Positions 24,490 to 39,129 of a stretch of 64,000 nt of DNA are shown piece by piece. The notes below the pieces were generated by a model. It saw only the letters and a list, made by a program, of their open reading frames with translations. It did no database searches and was not told the DNA's origin. Positions within the stretch are counted from its first letter, which is position 1; each line of letters begins with the position of its first letter. The translations under genes were made by a program, and so were the position numbers. The DNA is from Gracilinanus agilis (Eukaryota): the NCBI RefSeq assembly GCF_016433145.1, contig NC_058131.1:504558058-504622057 (forward strand). Direction: 5' to 3'.

Positions 24490-25250
24490 CTTCTCCAATA
24501 CTGATCATTCTGATCTTTATCACCTTTGCCAGTTTGCTGGGTGTGAGTTGAAGCTTCCAAGTTGTTTTTGATTAGCCTATTATTAGGATACACTGGAGTA
24601 TCCTTTCCCAGGGCTGTTAATAGTGTGTGTGTGAATGATGTGTCATATCCTTTTACCACTTATTGCCTAGGGAATGGCCAATAGTTTTATATATTTCTTC
24701 TATTTGATTTAATGGTTATTTGGCTCTTAGCAGATATGTTTGTTGCAAAGGTAATGTTCTGTCATCCTCTTTTTCTGCTTGTTACATTATTTTATTCATA
24801 TAAAATAATAAAAAATTTCATATAAAATATTAAAAAATCCATATAAAATAAAATATATTCATAGAAAATAAAATAATAAAATAAAAATTCATATTAATAT
24901 AAAAACTTTTAAATTAACATAATCAAAATGATCTATCTTATTTTTTAAACTATTTCCCCCTACTTGTTTGCTTAGGAATTTATACCCTAGCCATAGCTGT
25001 GAAAGGTACCTGACTTGGTTTTCTTTTTTATACTATAATCCTTAATATTCAGTTCATATATTCATTTTGAATTTATTATATGATCTTATTTCTATACCTA
25101 ATTTCTGCCAGAATTCTTTACAATTTTTCCAGAAACCTCATCAACTGGAGAATTATTTCTTAGATAATGTAGTTTTTAAATATGATCCAACAAAGCATTA
25201 ATGAATTTGATTATTTCTGATTCTTCTTGTCTGTTCCACTGATTTGCCTT
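24490..25250 (-). mobile_element. L1 fragment
   Basis: ttctccaatactg...tcacctttgccagtttgctgggtgtgag is homologous to the L1 segment near 21090-21160. Confidence 0.6.
24790..24900. repeat. degenerate AT-rich minisatellite (about 22-bp unit ttcatataaaataataaaaaat)
   Basis: The catataaaata core recurs about 5 times. Confidence 0.7.
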
Positions 25251-25310
25251 TCTAAAATAATTACTTTTAATAAAAAGATCACACTGTAAACTTTAAGTTA
25301 ATATAGTCTC

Positions 25311-25482
25311 TTTTTTTAAACAACTACTTTCTGTCTTAGTAACAATTCTAAGATAGAAGGGAAAAGACTAGGTAAATGGGGTTGAGTGACTTGCCTGGAG
25401 TCACATAGCTAGGAAGTGTCTGAGGCCAGATTTGAAATTAGGTTCATCTGCCTTCAGGCCTGACCCTCTAGCACTGTGCCCC
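25311..25482 (-). mobile_element. older SINE1_Mdo-like copy
   Basis: ctttctgtcttag...gagtgacttgcctggagtcacatagctaggaagtgtctgaggccagatttgaa. Confidence 0.8.
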
Positions 25483-25583
25483 AAGTTAATATAGTCATGA
25501 GAATTAAAAAACAGATGCTTGATTTTCTGGCAAAAATAAAGCACATATAGGTACTTCTAATTTAATTATAATCATTGATCCTA

Positions 25584-25775
<192 letters not shown>

Positions 25776-26279
25776 CTATTCAGAGAAAAAGAAAGGAATG
25801 TTAAATTAAGATCATAGAATGATTCTAAAATTACTACTGATAATATCTAAAAACACTACTGTTAATTGTGACAATTTTATTCATACAGATTACCACTCAA
25901 GTATTAACAAATAGCACCACTGCATTTAACAAATTATTTTATTTCTAGATCCTTGAATATTCACCTCATTGAAAGAGTTTGGAACTTTTTGGGTTGTTTT
26001 ATTCTTGCTTTTGCTTTTTCTATCTCACCTTCTGTTCTTGTTCATATATCTGAATTCTTGTACATACCATGGAAATTAAAACAAAATTTATCAAAAAATT
26101 TTCTTTAAAAGTGAGATAGCTTGTTAACAAAGTTGACTGGACACTCTGGAGTTGGAAGGAACCTCATAAATTATTTAGTCTAATCTCTTAATCTTCAGAT
26201 GAGAAAAGAGAAGCCTAGAGAAGTCATATTTAAAACAATATAGTCTTCCCTATAGGCACTGAAGTGGTTTTCCTAAGGT

Positions 26280-26800
26280 ATAGGTATGACTATGACATCT
26301 TCCCCAGTTCAAAAAAAATCCAGTGGCTCCCTATGAACTCTAGGATCAAACAGAAATTCTCTTTGGCATTTAAAATCTTTATAATCTAGCCTCATCCTAC
26401 CTTTTTGGCTCTATTATACGTTATTCCTCTTCATATACTCTTCAATTCAATCAAACTAGTCTTTTTGCTGTTTCCTTATCTTTACACCTTTGCCACTGTC
26501 TGTTCCCCATGCCTGCCATATACTTACTCCTTCCTCAACTCCACTCTTGGAATCCCTACTCTCCTTCAAGGCTCCGCTTCAGCATGATCTTCCACATAAA
26601 TTATTTTCTGTTCCAGCTACTTGGTGCCTTCTCCCTATTTTGCATTTGTTTTGTATGTGTTTTATATTTACCCATAAACGTATATGATGTCTGCCCCATC
26701 AGAATTTCAATGTAAAAGTAGAGATTGTTTTATTTTTGTCCTTGTAACCTCAATGCCTATAGGGCACCTGGCACATAGTAGGCATTTAAGAAAGCTAGTT
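26280..26800 (+). mobile_element. L2 LINE 3' fragment
   Basis: cagtggctccctat...aggatcaaa...tgtccttgtaacctcaatgcctatagggcacctggcacatagtaggcattta. Strand label follows the L2 3'-end consensus as I recall it. Confidence 0.75.
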
Positions 26801-26869
26801 GAGCAAACATTTGATTATTTGTAATCATAATTTAATTGTTTGTTTATTCATTCATTCATTCATTCATTT

Positions 26870-27067
26870 ATTTTTAAACCCTTACCTTCCATCTTGGGGT
26901 CAATACCGTGTATTGGTTCCAAGGCAGAAGAGTGGTAAGGGTAGGCAATGGGGGCCAAGTGACTTGCCCAGGATCACACAGCTGGGAAGTGTCTGAGGTC
27001 AGATTTGAACATAGGACCTCCCATCCCTAGGCCTGGCTCTCAATCCACTGAGCTACCCAGCTGCCCC
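26870..27067 (-). mobile_element. SINE1_Mdo-like, near consensus
   Basis: Full-length reversed copy, flanked at its tail end by a (TTCA)n array at about 26846-26869. Confidence 0.93.
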
Positions 27068-27075
27068 TTCCCTTG

Positions 27076-27327
27076 TGTATTAATTAGAATCTTGAACCCT
27101 TGGACCCCATCTCCCAAAATTCCTTTTCCTTTTTGTGTATGTGCATCATTACGTTGTTTGTATATAGTTTCGGGGTCTCCTCCCCCTCGCTGTCTCTTCC
27201 ACTTGAGTGGTTTGGGTGAGTTCTCTCTGGACTCCTTTTTAGTTTTCCCTTCTGCTTCAAGTTAAATTGAATAAAATCTTATTAAATGTAATACTTGGAA
27301 AATTGGATATTAATTTTAAAATCTACA
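27076..27327 (+). mobile_element. solo LTR (ERV1-like), 252 bp
   Basis: Begins TGTA and ends CTACA; tatata at about 27160; aataaa at 27270-27275; 4-bp TSD-like flanks cttg / tttg; shares motifs with the LTR at 58783-59047. Confidence 0.8.
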
Positions 27328-27399
27328 TTTGTAATATGTCTACTTGTGTATGCTCTATCCTCTATAGTATAATATTCCTCATTCATCCATTAGAAATAA

Positions 27400-28150
27400 A
27401 ATAAATACACTAAGTCAAGCCAACAGCATTTTAAAAATTATCTTTTATGTGATATGCATTGTGCTAAACACTGTGGACCCCAAGGCAAAAAACCGTCCTT
27501 GCCTCCAAGCAGCTCATAATCTAATAAAAGAAAAAACATGCAAACAACTAAGTACAGGCAAGTTATATACAGGATAAACTGAAGATAATTTCATTGGGAA
27601 GGCAATGTTAGCATTTAGGAAGATTGAGGAAGGATTCTTGCAGAAGATGGGATTTAAGTTAAACCTTAAAGGAAGCTAGGGAAGCCTGGAGACAGATAAA
27701 GAGAGAGTATTCCAGGCATAGGGATAGAGTACAAGTACATAGGACATCGTTATCAGACAAAAAAACAGCATGTAGGTCATTGCCATTAGATCACAGTGTA
27801 TATAGAAGTGAGGAAGGTATAAGAAGACTGGAAAGATAGGAGGGGGCCAGGTTATGATGGTCTTTAAAAGATAAACAGAAGATTTTATATTTGGTCCTAA
27901 ATTATATGGGTTTACTGACTTGGGAGTGGGTGTGAAATAGTCAGACCTTTACCTTAGGTAGTAGAACACTTTGGAAGCTGAGTATTTATTTTAAAAGCAC
28001 CACAATCTTTTCAGTCTCCAGCTTGATATTGAAAGGATTCTTCTCTCTCCCTCCTCATATCCAATCATGTCAAATCTTATTCTTTTTATATTACTATCTC
28101 TTACATCTGATTCCTCTCCATTCACACAGCTATCACTTTTATACAATCTC
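27400..28150. mobile_element. L2 fragments
   Basis: gcattgtgctaaacactg...caagcagctcataatctaat...gaaggattcttgcagaagatggg; a pyrimidine-rich L2 segment at 28020-28150. Confidence 0.7.
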
Positions 28151-28999
28151 TCATCACTTCTTGTGTAGTTATTTGTGTTTTTAAATTAAAAAATTTCAAT
28201 GAACAGAAAGCTATTTGCAAGGCTCCCTCCCACCAATTATGGGAAAAAGGAAACCCTAGTAAGAAATGTGCATATTAAATTAAAATAAATGACCACACCA
28301 GACATATCCAAAAAAATGTTTTATTCTGTACCGGAATTCATCGCTTTTCTGTCAAGAGATGTATAGCGAGCTTCATCTTTGGTTCTCTGGAGTATCAAAT
28401 GGTCACTGCATTTATTGAAATTAAGTCCTTGTTTAAGCCTTAATTATTTTTCATTCATGTTTACCTTTATATATTTCTCTTCACTACAATGTTTTAACTT
28501 CAAATTTTCTATGTTGCTCTGATTTTTTCATCAGGAATGATCAGAAGTCCTTAGTTTCATTAAAAACTCTTTTTTTCTCCTCTTGTAGCATTATACTCGA
28601 TTTTGCTGGGTAAGTTATTCTTTCATATTATACAAAGCATACTCTTAATTTATTATGATATATTCTAGATTCTTTAAATAGAACTCAACTCACTTGAGTT
28701 ATTCATATCATAAAACAAAACTGTTTAACAAATATTTTTGCTAATAAAAGGCATTATATTTAATTCTAGTGTATGAACCCCACCAAAATTCAAAATGAAT
28801 AATGCAAAGAGTAGTATTAATACTTTAAAAATATAATAGCAAATGAATGGAGGTATAAGTAACAAAAGAAACGTAAAAAGAAACCACGTGTTAGAGTTTG
28901 AGAGACATTTCTAGATGACATACGACATTCACATAAATTAAGAAACAATTAGTAGGGTTATGAAAACCACAAGCTTAAAAAGAAATGGCAAAAGTAAAT

Positions 29000-29758
<759 letters not shown>

Positions 29759-30521
29759 CTAATGATTAACATTCTATAATACATTTGGCTTTACATAGTG
29801 CTTTTGAGTTTATCAAATTCTTTACATATATTGTCTCATTTGACCTTCACAACCCTTTGAGGTAGGCACTATAGATATTAATGATGCTTTTTTTAATAGA
29901 TGAGGAAATTAAAGATCATCACACACACTGTAAATCTCTACGTATCCTAAGGTGAAACCATACTTTCTCTCCAGTGGAAAAGATCCTTGAATATATGCTA
30001 CTTGGAGTTATAATTTAGAGAAACAGCATAATATAGTGGTTGTGGATGTTGAATTAGGTGAATTCTATTTCTAATTTCATGACAAATGCCAAATGTTTGA
30101 CAATGAGCAAAACACATGATTTTTCTATGCTCAAGATCTGCCATCTGATCATCAGAGATAATACATATTTCTATGTCTAAAGACAGTTATAAAGATAAAG
30201 AAATATCTGAACTATGCTTTTAGGCCTTAAATACAGTAAAACAAACTAGTAAGATATTCTGGATTGTTTAGAATTCAGCAATAGAGAAGATCAGTTCTAC
30301 TCAGCAGAGTATGGGGTATGTGTTACACATGGAAATTTACATAAGTTTCAGGAGCTGCTTTGCATAGGATACCCAACAAACTATATTAAAAATGCTACTG
30401 AACAGATTGGTTCTACTGTGTAAAAATATATAAAATTTGCTATAAATATTGGTAAATTTGGAAATAGGCCAAATTCGGGTAATAATCTTTAACTTTCTCA
30501 AATTATATTGAAGTTTGCGTT

Positions 30522-30723
30522 TCTTTTTTCTTTAACCTTCTGTCTTGAAGGCTCTGGAGAGCCAATACACAGTATTGGGGCTCTCCAAGGCAGAAGAGTG
30601 GTAAGGGCTAGGCAATGGGGGTTAAGTGACTTGCCCAGGGGAAGTGTCTGAGGCCAGATTTGAACCTAGGACCTCTCGTTTCTAGGCCTGGCTCTCAATC
30701 CACTGAGCCACCCAGCTGCTCCC
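30522..30723 (-). mobile_element. SINE1_Mdo-like with a short internal deletion
   Basis: Consensus match; the tcacacagctgg segment is missing after cccaggg. Confidence 0.9.
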
Positions 30724-31280
30724 TAAGTTCAAGTGTCTTGATTTATGAGACAAGCAAATTCTTAGGAAAGCAATTTTGTCATGAGTTCAGTATGTTATGT
30801 CATTTTGTGTTGGGAATGAGAACTTCATTAGAAAATTGGGACTCACAGTTCTCATTTTGTTGCCTATGTAACCAAGTTTCATCATTAAAGTGAGGAGATA
30901 AAAACTAGATGATCTTTAATATTCTATCCAACTATAAATTTGATATATTTCTTTATCTTTAGATAATGGCAACTAGAGAAATACATCTTTATACTATCTT
31001 TAGCTGGTAGTTTAGCTGGTAGAAATTTACTTAAAATGTGGAATGTATTGCCAAAATTTTTATTTACATTGATTCTATATAACTGGCAAGTGGAAAGAGG
31101 TTGTTAAATTCAGAAGAAAAGAAAGACTGTGTTAATATTTTAATATTAAATTATATAGTTTCCTTTTTAAAAAAGAAATAAGACTTTATTGATGTCTTGC
31201 TTTTTTTTACATTACCGTAGTTTTCCCCAACACTTCTCTCCTTCCCAGAGATTCATCTGATATAACAAATAAGTGTATTT

Positions 31281-31470
31281 TTTTTTTATTTTAAACCCTT
31301 AACTTCTGTGTATTGACTTTATAGGTGGAAGATTGGCAAGGGTAGGCAATGGGGGTCAAGTGACTTGCCCAGGGTCACACAGCTGGGAAGTGTCTGAGGC
31401 TGGATTTGAACCTAGGATCTCCTGTCTCTAGGTCTAGCTCTCAATCCACTGAGCTACCCAGCTGCCCCCT
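31281..31470 (-). mobile_element. SINE1_Mdo-related variant (short 3' tail), with target-site duplication
   Basis: TSD aaataagtgtattt at 31267-31280 and 31471-31484. Confidence 0.93.
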
Positions 31471-32109
31471 AAATAAGTGTATTTTTAAGGCAAAAAGAAA
31501 AAGAAAAAAATCTAATTTCTGTCAGCTTACTTTCCAGTTTTCCCAGTTTTTATAATTCCTTTCTGAGTAATTATGGTTGTCTGGTTATCATACACTGGAT
31601 TAGTTCCACTGCTTCTGATTTTCCTGTTTCTCTGATCTGCCTATTTTTTAACCAATATTATGTTTTCAATGATTCCTGTTTTAAGGTATAGTTTAAGATG
31701 TAGATGTGCTAGTCTCCTTTCCTTTCTACTTTTCAACCTTTTTTCCCAAAGGAATTTAATTAATTTACCAAGTTCTATAATCTTTATATAAGCCACTGGC
31801 AATTTGATTGATATAGCATTAAAAGTGTAGGTTAACCTTGGAGGTACTGTCACTTTTATTATATTGACATGGTCCAACCATGAGAATTAAATAGTCTTCT
31901 GCTATTTAAATTAGTATTTATTTCGTTAAGAAGCATTTTGTAACTGAATCTATTCAGGTGTATTTGTGTGCTTTGGTAAATTGAATCTGATATTACATAG
32001 GTTCTGTAATTATTTCAAATAAGATTTCCTTTTCTATTGTGGTCTCTTGGATTTTGATGTTTGTTATTAGGATACAGGAATGTTGCTGATAAAAAAAAAC
32101 AAAAAAAAA

Positions 32110-32295
32110 ACCCTTACCTTCTGTCTTAGAATTGATAACCAAGTTCCAAGGTGGAAGAGTGGTAAGGGGTAGGCAACTAGAGTTAAATGACTTGCCCAGA
32201 ATCACATAAATGGGAAGTATCTGAAGCCACTTTTGAACTCAGAGCCTCCCATTTCCAAGGTTGGCTTTCTATCTACAAAGCCACTTAGCTGCTCC
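32110..32295 (-). mobile_element. older SINE1_Mdo-like copy nested in L1
   Basis: cccttaccttctgtcttag...gacttgcccagaatcac...ttagctgctcc. Confidence 0.85.
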
Positions 32296-35200
32296 AATTT
32301 GGTTGTTTTTTGAGGGTTTATTTTTTAGCCTGCAATTCTAGTGAAGTTATTGTCTTGATGAGTTTCTTTACCGAAATGCAAGAATATTCCAAGTATACTA
32401 TTGTGCCATCAGCAAACAGGGATATATTTATCTCCTTTTTATCTTTATCCCATTAATTTTGTTCTCTTGCCTAATTGCTATTTTTAGCATTTCCAGAACT
32501 GTATCTCAAATAATAGTGGGAAGAATGTGCATCCTTGTTTTAATCCTGTATTTACTGAAAAAGGTACTGGTACATATGAAGCTCACCTTTGGCTTTAAAA
32601 ATGTATTTATATTTTAAATATCCCTCTATGTTTATACTTTATAGAATTTTTAGTAAAAGTTAGTGTTGTCCTTTGCGAGACCTTTTTCTGCATCTATTGA
32701 GATAATCAAATGGTTTTGGATGTTTGTAATTTTAATATGATTAATTATGTTGTTAGCTTTTCTTGAAACCTCAGATCCCTGGAATAAAAACCATTTGGTC
32801 ATGAGTGATTTCTAATATAAACTGCTTAGTCTTTTTGACAGGATTTTATTTAATAATTTTGGATCAATATTCATTAATGATATTGTTTTGTAGTTCTATA
32901 TTTTAACCTTCCTTAGTTTATGTATTAGGACTACATTTGTCTTATTAAAATTTTTGTTAGGGTGCTTTATTTCTCAATTTTTGGGAATAATTTGGGCAGT
33001 ATGGCTATCATCTATTTTTTAAAAGTTTGAATTATCTTTTGAATCCATTGGGACCAAGAGTTTTTTTCTTTTAGTAGTCCCTTTATAGCTAGCTCTATTT
33101 CCTTTTCTGAGCATGGGCTATTTAAGATCTCTGTTTGGTCTTCTGTCAGTTTGGGAATTTTATATTTTTGAAGGCATTCCTCAATTCATTTCATGTTCTT
33201 TTTTTGATAGTCTAAAATTGTGCATAATGGATTCTGAGAATTCTTTTTTATTTTGCCTTTGTTGTGATTTCACCTTATTAAGTTGGTGCTTTGTTCATTT
33301 GATTTTCTGGATCTGAAATAAAAAATTGACTTGGCTAAAGGTATATCAATTTTATTAATCTTTTCAAAGAACCAGCCTTTAGTTTAATTTATGATATCTA
33401 TGAGTTTTTTTGTTTCAAGTTTACCTATTTCTCCTCTAACTTCTAATTTCACCTATTGTTTATTTTAGGTTTAACAGTTTTCTAATTTTTAAAAAGTGTA
33501 TATTCAATTCTTTAATCTTTCTTTTTCTATTTTGTTAATGCATGCTTGTAGGGTTGTGATTTTCCCTTTGAGGACTGCTTTATTTGCATTCCATAAATTT
33601 TTCTGATTTGTTTCACATTTCTTCCACATATTGTTTCTATGATTTGTCCTTTGAGACTCCTATTATTTTAGATTTCATTGTTAAGTTTCCGTTTGGGTCT
33701 TTTTTATGTGTGTGTGTGTGTGATCTTTGAACTAATTAATATTTTTGTTGTGTTATGGTCTATACATAATAGGATTTCTGCCTTTTAATATTTGTTTGCA
33801 ATATCTCTGTACCATAATACAAATTACATTTTTGTAAAAGTGCCATGTGCTACTGATAAAATTGCATATTCTTTGGCAGTCACATTTGGAAGGCACTGGA
33901 AGTCTTTTGCTCTGATTTCTCTAACAATTTGTTCAGTTCTCTACTTTGTCTTTTGAATATGTTCTATTAAAACTTAACCTAAAACTGAGAGGACATTGAA
34001 ATATCCGATCACTATCTATGTATTATGTTACTATGTATCCTTTTAGCTCAGTGAATGTTTTATGAATTTAGTTGCTGTGACATATGTTTTGAAGCACATA
34101 TATTTAACATTGGTATTAATTAGTTTGTTGTCTATAGTTCTTTTCTGTAAACTGCATTTTCTTGCTTATCCTTTTTATGTTTTGAATGTTTGTTTTTGCT
34201 TTATCTGACAGCAGGTTACAATTCCTGCATTTCTGGATCCACTTAATGCACAGTGAATTTTTTTCTTAGCTTTTAATTTTTATTCAGCAGACATCTTTGC
34301 TTTTTAATTATGTTTCTTGTAAGCAACAGATTGTGAGGTTTTGTTTTCTTATCTAATTTGTTATTCTTTTTCCTTTTATTGGATTACTTAATTCATTCAC
34401 ATTTATATGAGAGGTTTATATTTTCTTTCTTTTGTCTCTAATGTTGGATTTTTTTCAAATAATGATTTCTCTCTTTTTTTTTAGTGTAAATACAATCTCT
34501 GCAATTAGTTTAGCTTAATCTTTTAAAAAGATTATTCCTATTCCGACTAGCTCTTCCTTTCTCACTCTCCAGCTTCATCCTTTTCCTTTGTTACCCCTTC
34601 CCTGGCTTTGAAGTTTTGCTTCTTTTAGTACTATTTTTCTTTCTTGTTTTTATCCATTTAATTTCTCCTTTTTTCCCTTTCAATTAAGTAGCCAAGTGGG
34701 ATTCTTCTTACTTGCCTTGCCTTTAATTTTCTCTGATCATTAATTTTAAAATTTTGATATTTTTTGCCTTTTTCTAGAAAGAATTTCTGATTCTCTTCAT
34801 TATTTTTCTTCTTTTTCTATATTATAGACTTTTATTCTTTGCCTCATAGTTCTTATATTTAGTGCTTTTTTATCTCTTGTATTCCTCATGGAATTAAAAT
34901 GATGAGGTAACTATTTTGGGTTCTTTCTTCTAAACTTCTGTTACTGTCTTGTAGATCTTGTGCCCTGAGGCTCCCTGGTGCCTCCCCCACCTCCTGCCTT
35001 TTAAAACTTTGCCTTAATCTTAGAAATACTAATTTTTACAGGTAGATAGATATAAGGCCCATGGTTAGATTCTTCTTATGTACTTGACTGTGGAGTTTTT
35101 GTCCTTTGTCATCCTTCCCCCCCCCCCACCTCTACCCCCACCCCAATCTTTCTTGGATCCATGCTTTTCTACTCTTCTGATTATCAGTTGTCCCTAAGAG

Positions 35201-37433
35201 CTCTGATTCCCTTTCTCCTGAAGCCTGAGGAGTAAGTCTCTAAACTCTGAATTCCTGCAACTAACATTCCCTGTAATATTCTCATCTCCCTAAACAGAGT
35301 ATGTCCCTTCTCTTATAGGAACATTCATTAATGATACCCTGCTAACCACTGAAACAAGGTTTCTTTCTCATTTCTTCTCTTTGCCTCCTCACCCATTCTC
35401 CTATGGACTACAGAAGTTAATTCCCCCTCATTGTCAGTCTTTGACTTGAACAAGATACATCATCGATTCCCTTCTATTTTCTCTTCCTCCATTCCACTTC
35501 TTGTAAATGTTCTCATTTTATAAAGTTGTCCCACAAAAACATTTATTCACTTGTAGACAGGGTGTTGTAAGGTTTAGTCCCTGAAATTCCCAGCTTGTTT
35601 CTCTACCAGTGCTTCTATTTGATCTACTTTCATCCTTGTCTATATATATAGGTATATTTAGAAAGCAGTTTCTTAATGGTCTTTCTGTTGTTATTCTGCT
35701 ATTTTGTTGGATTGCTATTGTTGTCCTTGATTTCTACTTTTGCTTGGGGTATTTAAGAAGCAAGTAATCTCTTCAGGTTTTAATTTTCTTCCTAAGAATG
35801 TTTTGAATGTTCATCATTGTTCTTTCATAGTTATGCTCAGATTTTCAAAGTAGGCCACCTTGGACTGCATCTTGAGCTTTAATACTTTTCAGAACACTTT
35901 ATTTTATTCTCTCCTGCATTGCCTGATGGGTATAAAATAGTCTTGTTTTTCAAATTTCTTTTCCTTTATATTTGAAGATCTTTTTCCTTGTAGCTCATAA
36001 AATTTTCTCTCAAAAGAATCGTTAATTTTAACTACTTTTAGTGTCTTGTGGTTTGCAACCCAAGTTTTTTTTTTTTTTGTTTGTTTGTTTGTTTTGTTTT
36101 TTACCCGGAGATGATCTAGATTCTTTTGATTGGTACTTTGTTTTCTGTATTCAAACATTCTGGGAAGTTTTCTTTATCATTTCTTGCATTATGGTATTCA
36201 TGTTTTTTTTTTTTTTGTTTTTTTTTGCTTATCAAGTTCTTCTGGAAGACTCAGAATCCTTAATTTGTTTCTATGCATTCTGTCTTTAAGATCAATATCT
36301 TTTGTTTATTTGGAGAATGTAGGTTTTTTTCAAATTATTGCTTTTGGCTTTTCTTCCAGATTGTTCTTCACAGTCTGTATATTTGCATTCTCAATCAGTT
36401 ATCCTCTCCTTTGTTTCTTTAGTGAGACTTGCCACTGAGGAATCAAGTTTTTCTATTCTAATTTTATTTCTGCTGTGCAGGCCATAAATTCTTCTCTTAA
36501 TCCTCATTTTACTTTTAGACCATTTAGAAACAGTGTGCAGTGGTTCATATTCTCTTCAAAATTCAGTGCTTTGCCTTATTAGGTGTTAAGACAATTTCCC
36601 TTTGCTTTGCAATCTTTTTTCAGTCCTATTTCCTTCTACTGTTGTTTTCTCTATTAGTATATACATTTATAGTTGGGTTTTTTGAGTTTTCTTCTATATA
36701 AGATCTTTGACAATTTTAGTATTTTCCCCCACATATTTTTCTCTATTACTTACTTTCTTAATTCCTCATGGATTTCCTTGTACCTGAATCTCAAAGTGTC
36801 TCAGCCTCCTGCCATACTGGGCAATTCACAAGTCTAGGTTTTTGCCCCAGGTGACTTGTGGCAGGACCTAAGTAACCCCAAATGGAATGCTAGGCTCTTT
36901 CCTTTAGTCTTAGGAGAATGTCACATAGTGACCCAATACTTATGTCTTGCTCAGTCCCTCTAATCCTTAGTTCTCAGCACAATGCTATTGGAACCCGAGT
37001 GTCATGTCTTTATTAATGTAGTCGAAGATCGTGTCAAATATTTTGGCAGCTATGTCCTATTGTTTATTCATATTAAGCTTACAGGTCAATAAAGCATTAA
37101 GTATTCCTTTTCCCCCTCCCTCTACCCCACCTGATCTCATCTAGATCCTTCAATCTTCTAGCATTCATACAGATTTGGCTACTTCATACAACACTAAATT
37201 TCTGGTTCTCCTTTCCTAAACTGGATGTACCCCAATACGTTAATCCCAAAGATCATTTGGAGTACTCCTCATTCCCTAATATTATTTCAAGATTTTCTCT
37301 TTGCTACCATTACTCAGCAACTTCCATCTCTGAGGTTCAACCTATCCTGATATATCACTCTATCCAGATCCTAGTGGCAGGATTTTTATTGGTCTCCAAG
37401 TCATCTTCTTTCCTATCTCTAGGACTTCAATTT

Positions 37434-38193
37434 TGAGGAAAATCGAGGGAATTAAGATAGCAAATAGTAGTGGGAATTGAAGTAATTGAATGAACCACAA
37501 TGACTTTATATTGTAACTCAATTCTGAAGCTTGCTAAAGTTCCCTTTCTATTGAATTATGGGTCTAATCCAAATTTTGTCTTGTTAGAAAAGTTTGTTCA
37601 ATTGAGGGATTTATGGGAAAACCTTATTGTATAATTTGAGCCTTTCCCTCCATTGTTGGGGAATTGGATCTCTTGAACATGCTGTTTAGAGATCCTTAAC
37701 CAAAAACCTAGGTTATGTTGACCAGAAACAGTCAGATCCTAAGTTTGATGAGGAGTTTTCTCATAATTGTATATCTCCAGCAACTCATATGTCTTATCTG
37801 AAAACTGGCTCCATACTGATCAGTCAGTTATTGTTTCCGTGTTTGATTGTTTGCAGACACTCGTGGGGAGTGAGATACCTCTTTTTATGATTTTAAGGAA
37901 CTGCACGTCTTCACTGTTCCCCTCCCAACTTGGCAAATCTCTAATCTTTCCTCCAATTAGAAATTAGATGACCTAATGTTATATTGTTTCCTTTTAATCA
38001 ATTGGTCTTATTTTATTGTTTTTAATGTATAAGTCTGTCTCCCTCTGTATTTGAGGTCCATCCCTATGCTGAAGTAAGGGTCTGGTTTGTTGGGCAATTG
38101 CCAGTGTATTGCTTAATAATCAATATACTTGGAAGATTGAATCTTTGTTTCCTAGGTCACTTCATCTTTTATCTGCTGTATTTCCTAGTGACA
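37434..38193 (+). mobile_element. LTR-like element
   Basis: TG...CA ends (tgagg...gtgaca); tataag box near 38030 and an aataat/caat region near 38115; no TSD found. Confidence 0.55.
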
Positions 38194-38219
38194 AGTCCAT
38201 AAGGGCACTCTAGGCTCAT

Positions 38220-38840
38220 TGAGGCAAAAGCAGCCAGAAAAGACATATTTGCAGATCTGCCTCAGCCCTTGGCAAAGACAGGTCTCACATTGTAGTTCTA
38301 ACAAATCATGTCTTTAAAACATCTGGTTTTCTTAATTGGCTCAGGACATCCTCACTAAGTTATCATGAACCTTGGGCTCTATCTTGGGACAGAATGACCT
38401 TCTGTTTATCAAAACATTTATTCACTTGCATAATTCTACTCCCAGAAAATTCATATGTCAAAGATAACACACCAAAGAGAGGTTTTGAAGATTAATATTT
38501 GATTCAGTATGCACTCATTACTAAGGACACCTGCATATTTTATTGGTCTATGTACTTTTAATTGGCCCTTAAGAATATGCTTTTGACCTTGTCCTTTCCT
38601 TGATATATCATTTCCTTTGTTCTAAGTATGTAGAAGACTATATATACTTGACTTATATGCTTAATAAACTGGAATCTGCAATCCCACTTGCTGCCTCCCC
38701 CCCGCCCCCCCCCCCGGCTTCCCATGAGCCAGTTGCCTGATTGTTCTCTTTGCGTCTCTCTCTCTCTCTCTGCCTTTTTCTGTCCCTGTCTTTCCCTGCT
38801 CTCATCCTATCTGTCTTTTGCTCTCTAGCTCGCAGTCACA
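38220..38840 (+). mobile_element. LTR-like element
   Basis: tgagg...gtcaca; tatata about 38640, aataaa 38663-38668, pyrimidine-rich U5; possible catt TSD. Confidence 0.55.
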
Positions 38841-39129
38841 CATTCTCTCACTCAGAGATTTCAGATCAGCTGTGTCTTCTGGTCAGAACACATGCTGTAA
38901 TTTGACTCCTTAGCCACTTGTGCTAGCTAGGATGAGCAGTAACTCAACTCACAACTAGCCAACTTTAGCAACTCTCTAGGGTTTCCCTGTACCCTAACAG
39001 TAGCTACCAGAGTAACCCACCAAAATGGGTATTCCCCTGGTTCGTGACATCCTAGCTCATAGTCTCCCTCTTCTAGATACTCTCTTTTCTCTGGATTTGA
39101 TAATACTATACTCACTTGGTCCTCTCTCG

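Larger units (their letters stand above)
31160..37050 (-). mobile_element. long decayed L1 (ORF1 and ORF2 remnants), sense to RPS6KA5, intron 13
   Basis: Track ORF 31641..31877 (HVNIIKVTVPPRLTYTFNAISIKLP) matches L1 ORF2 [25 protein letters not shown]; about 35800-35900 translates to ORF1-like C-terminal residues. Boundaries approximate. Confidence 0.85.
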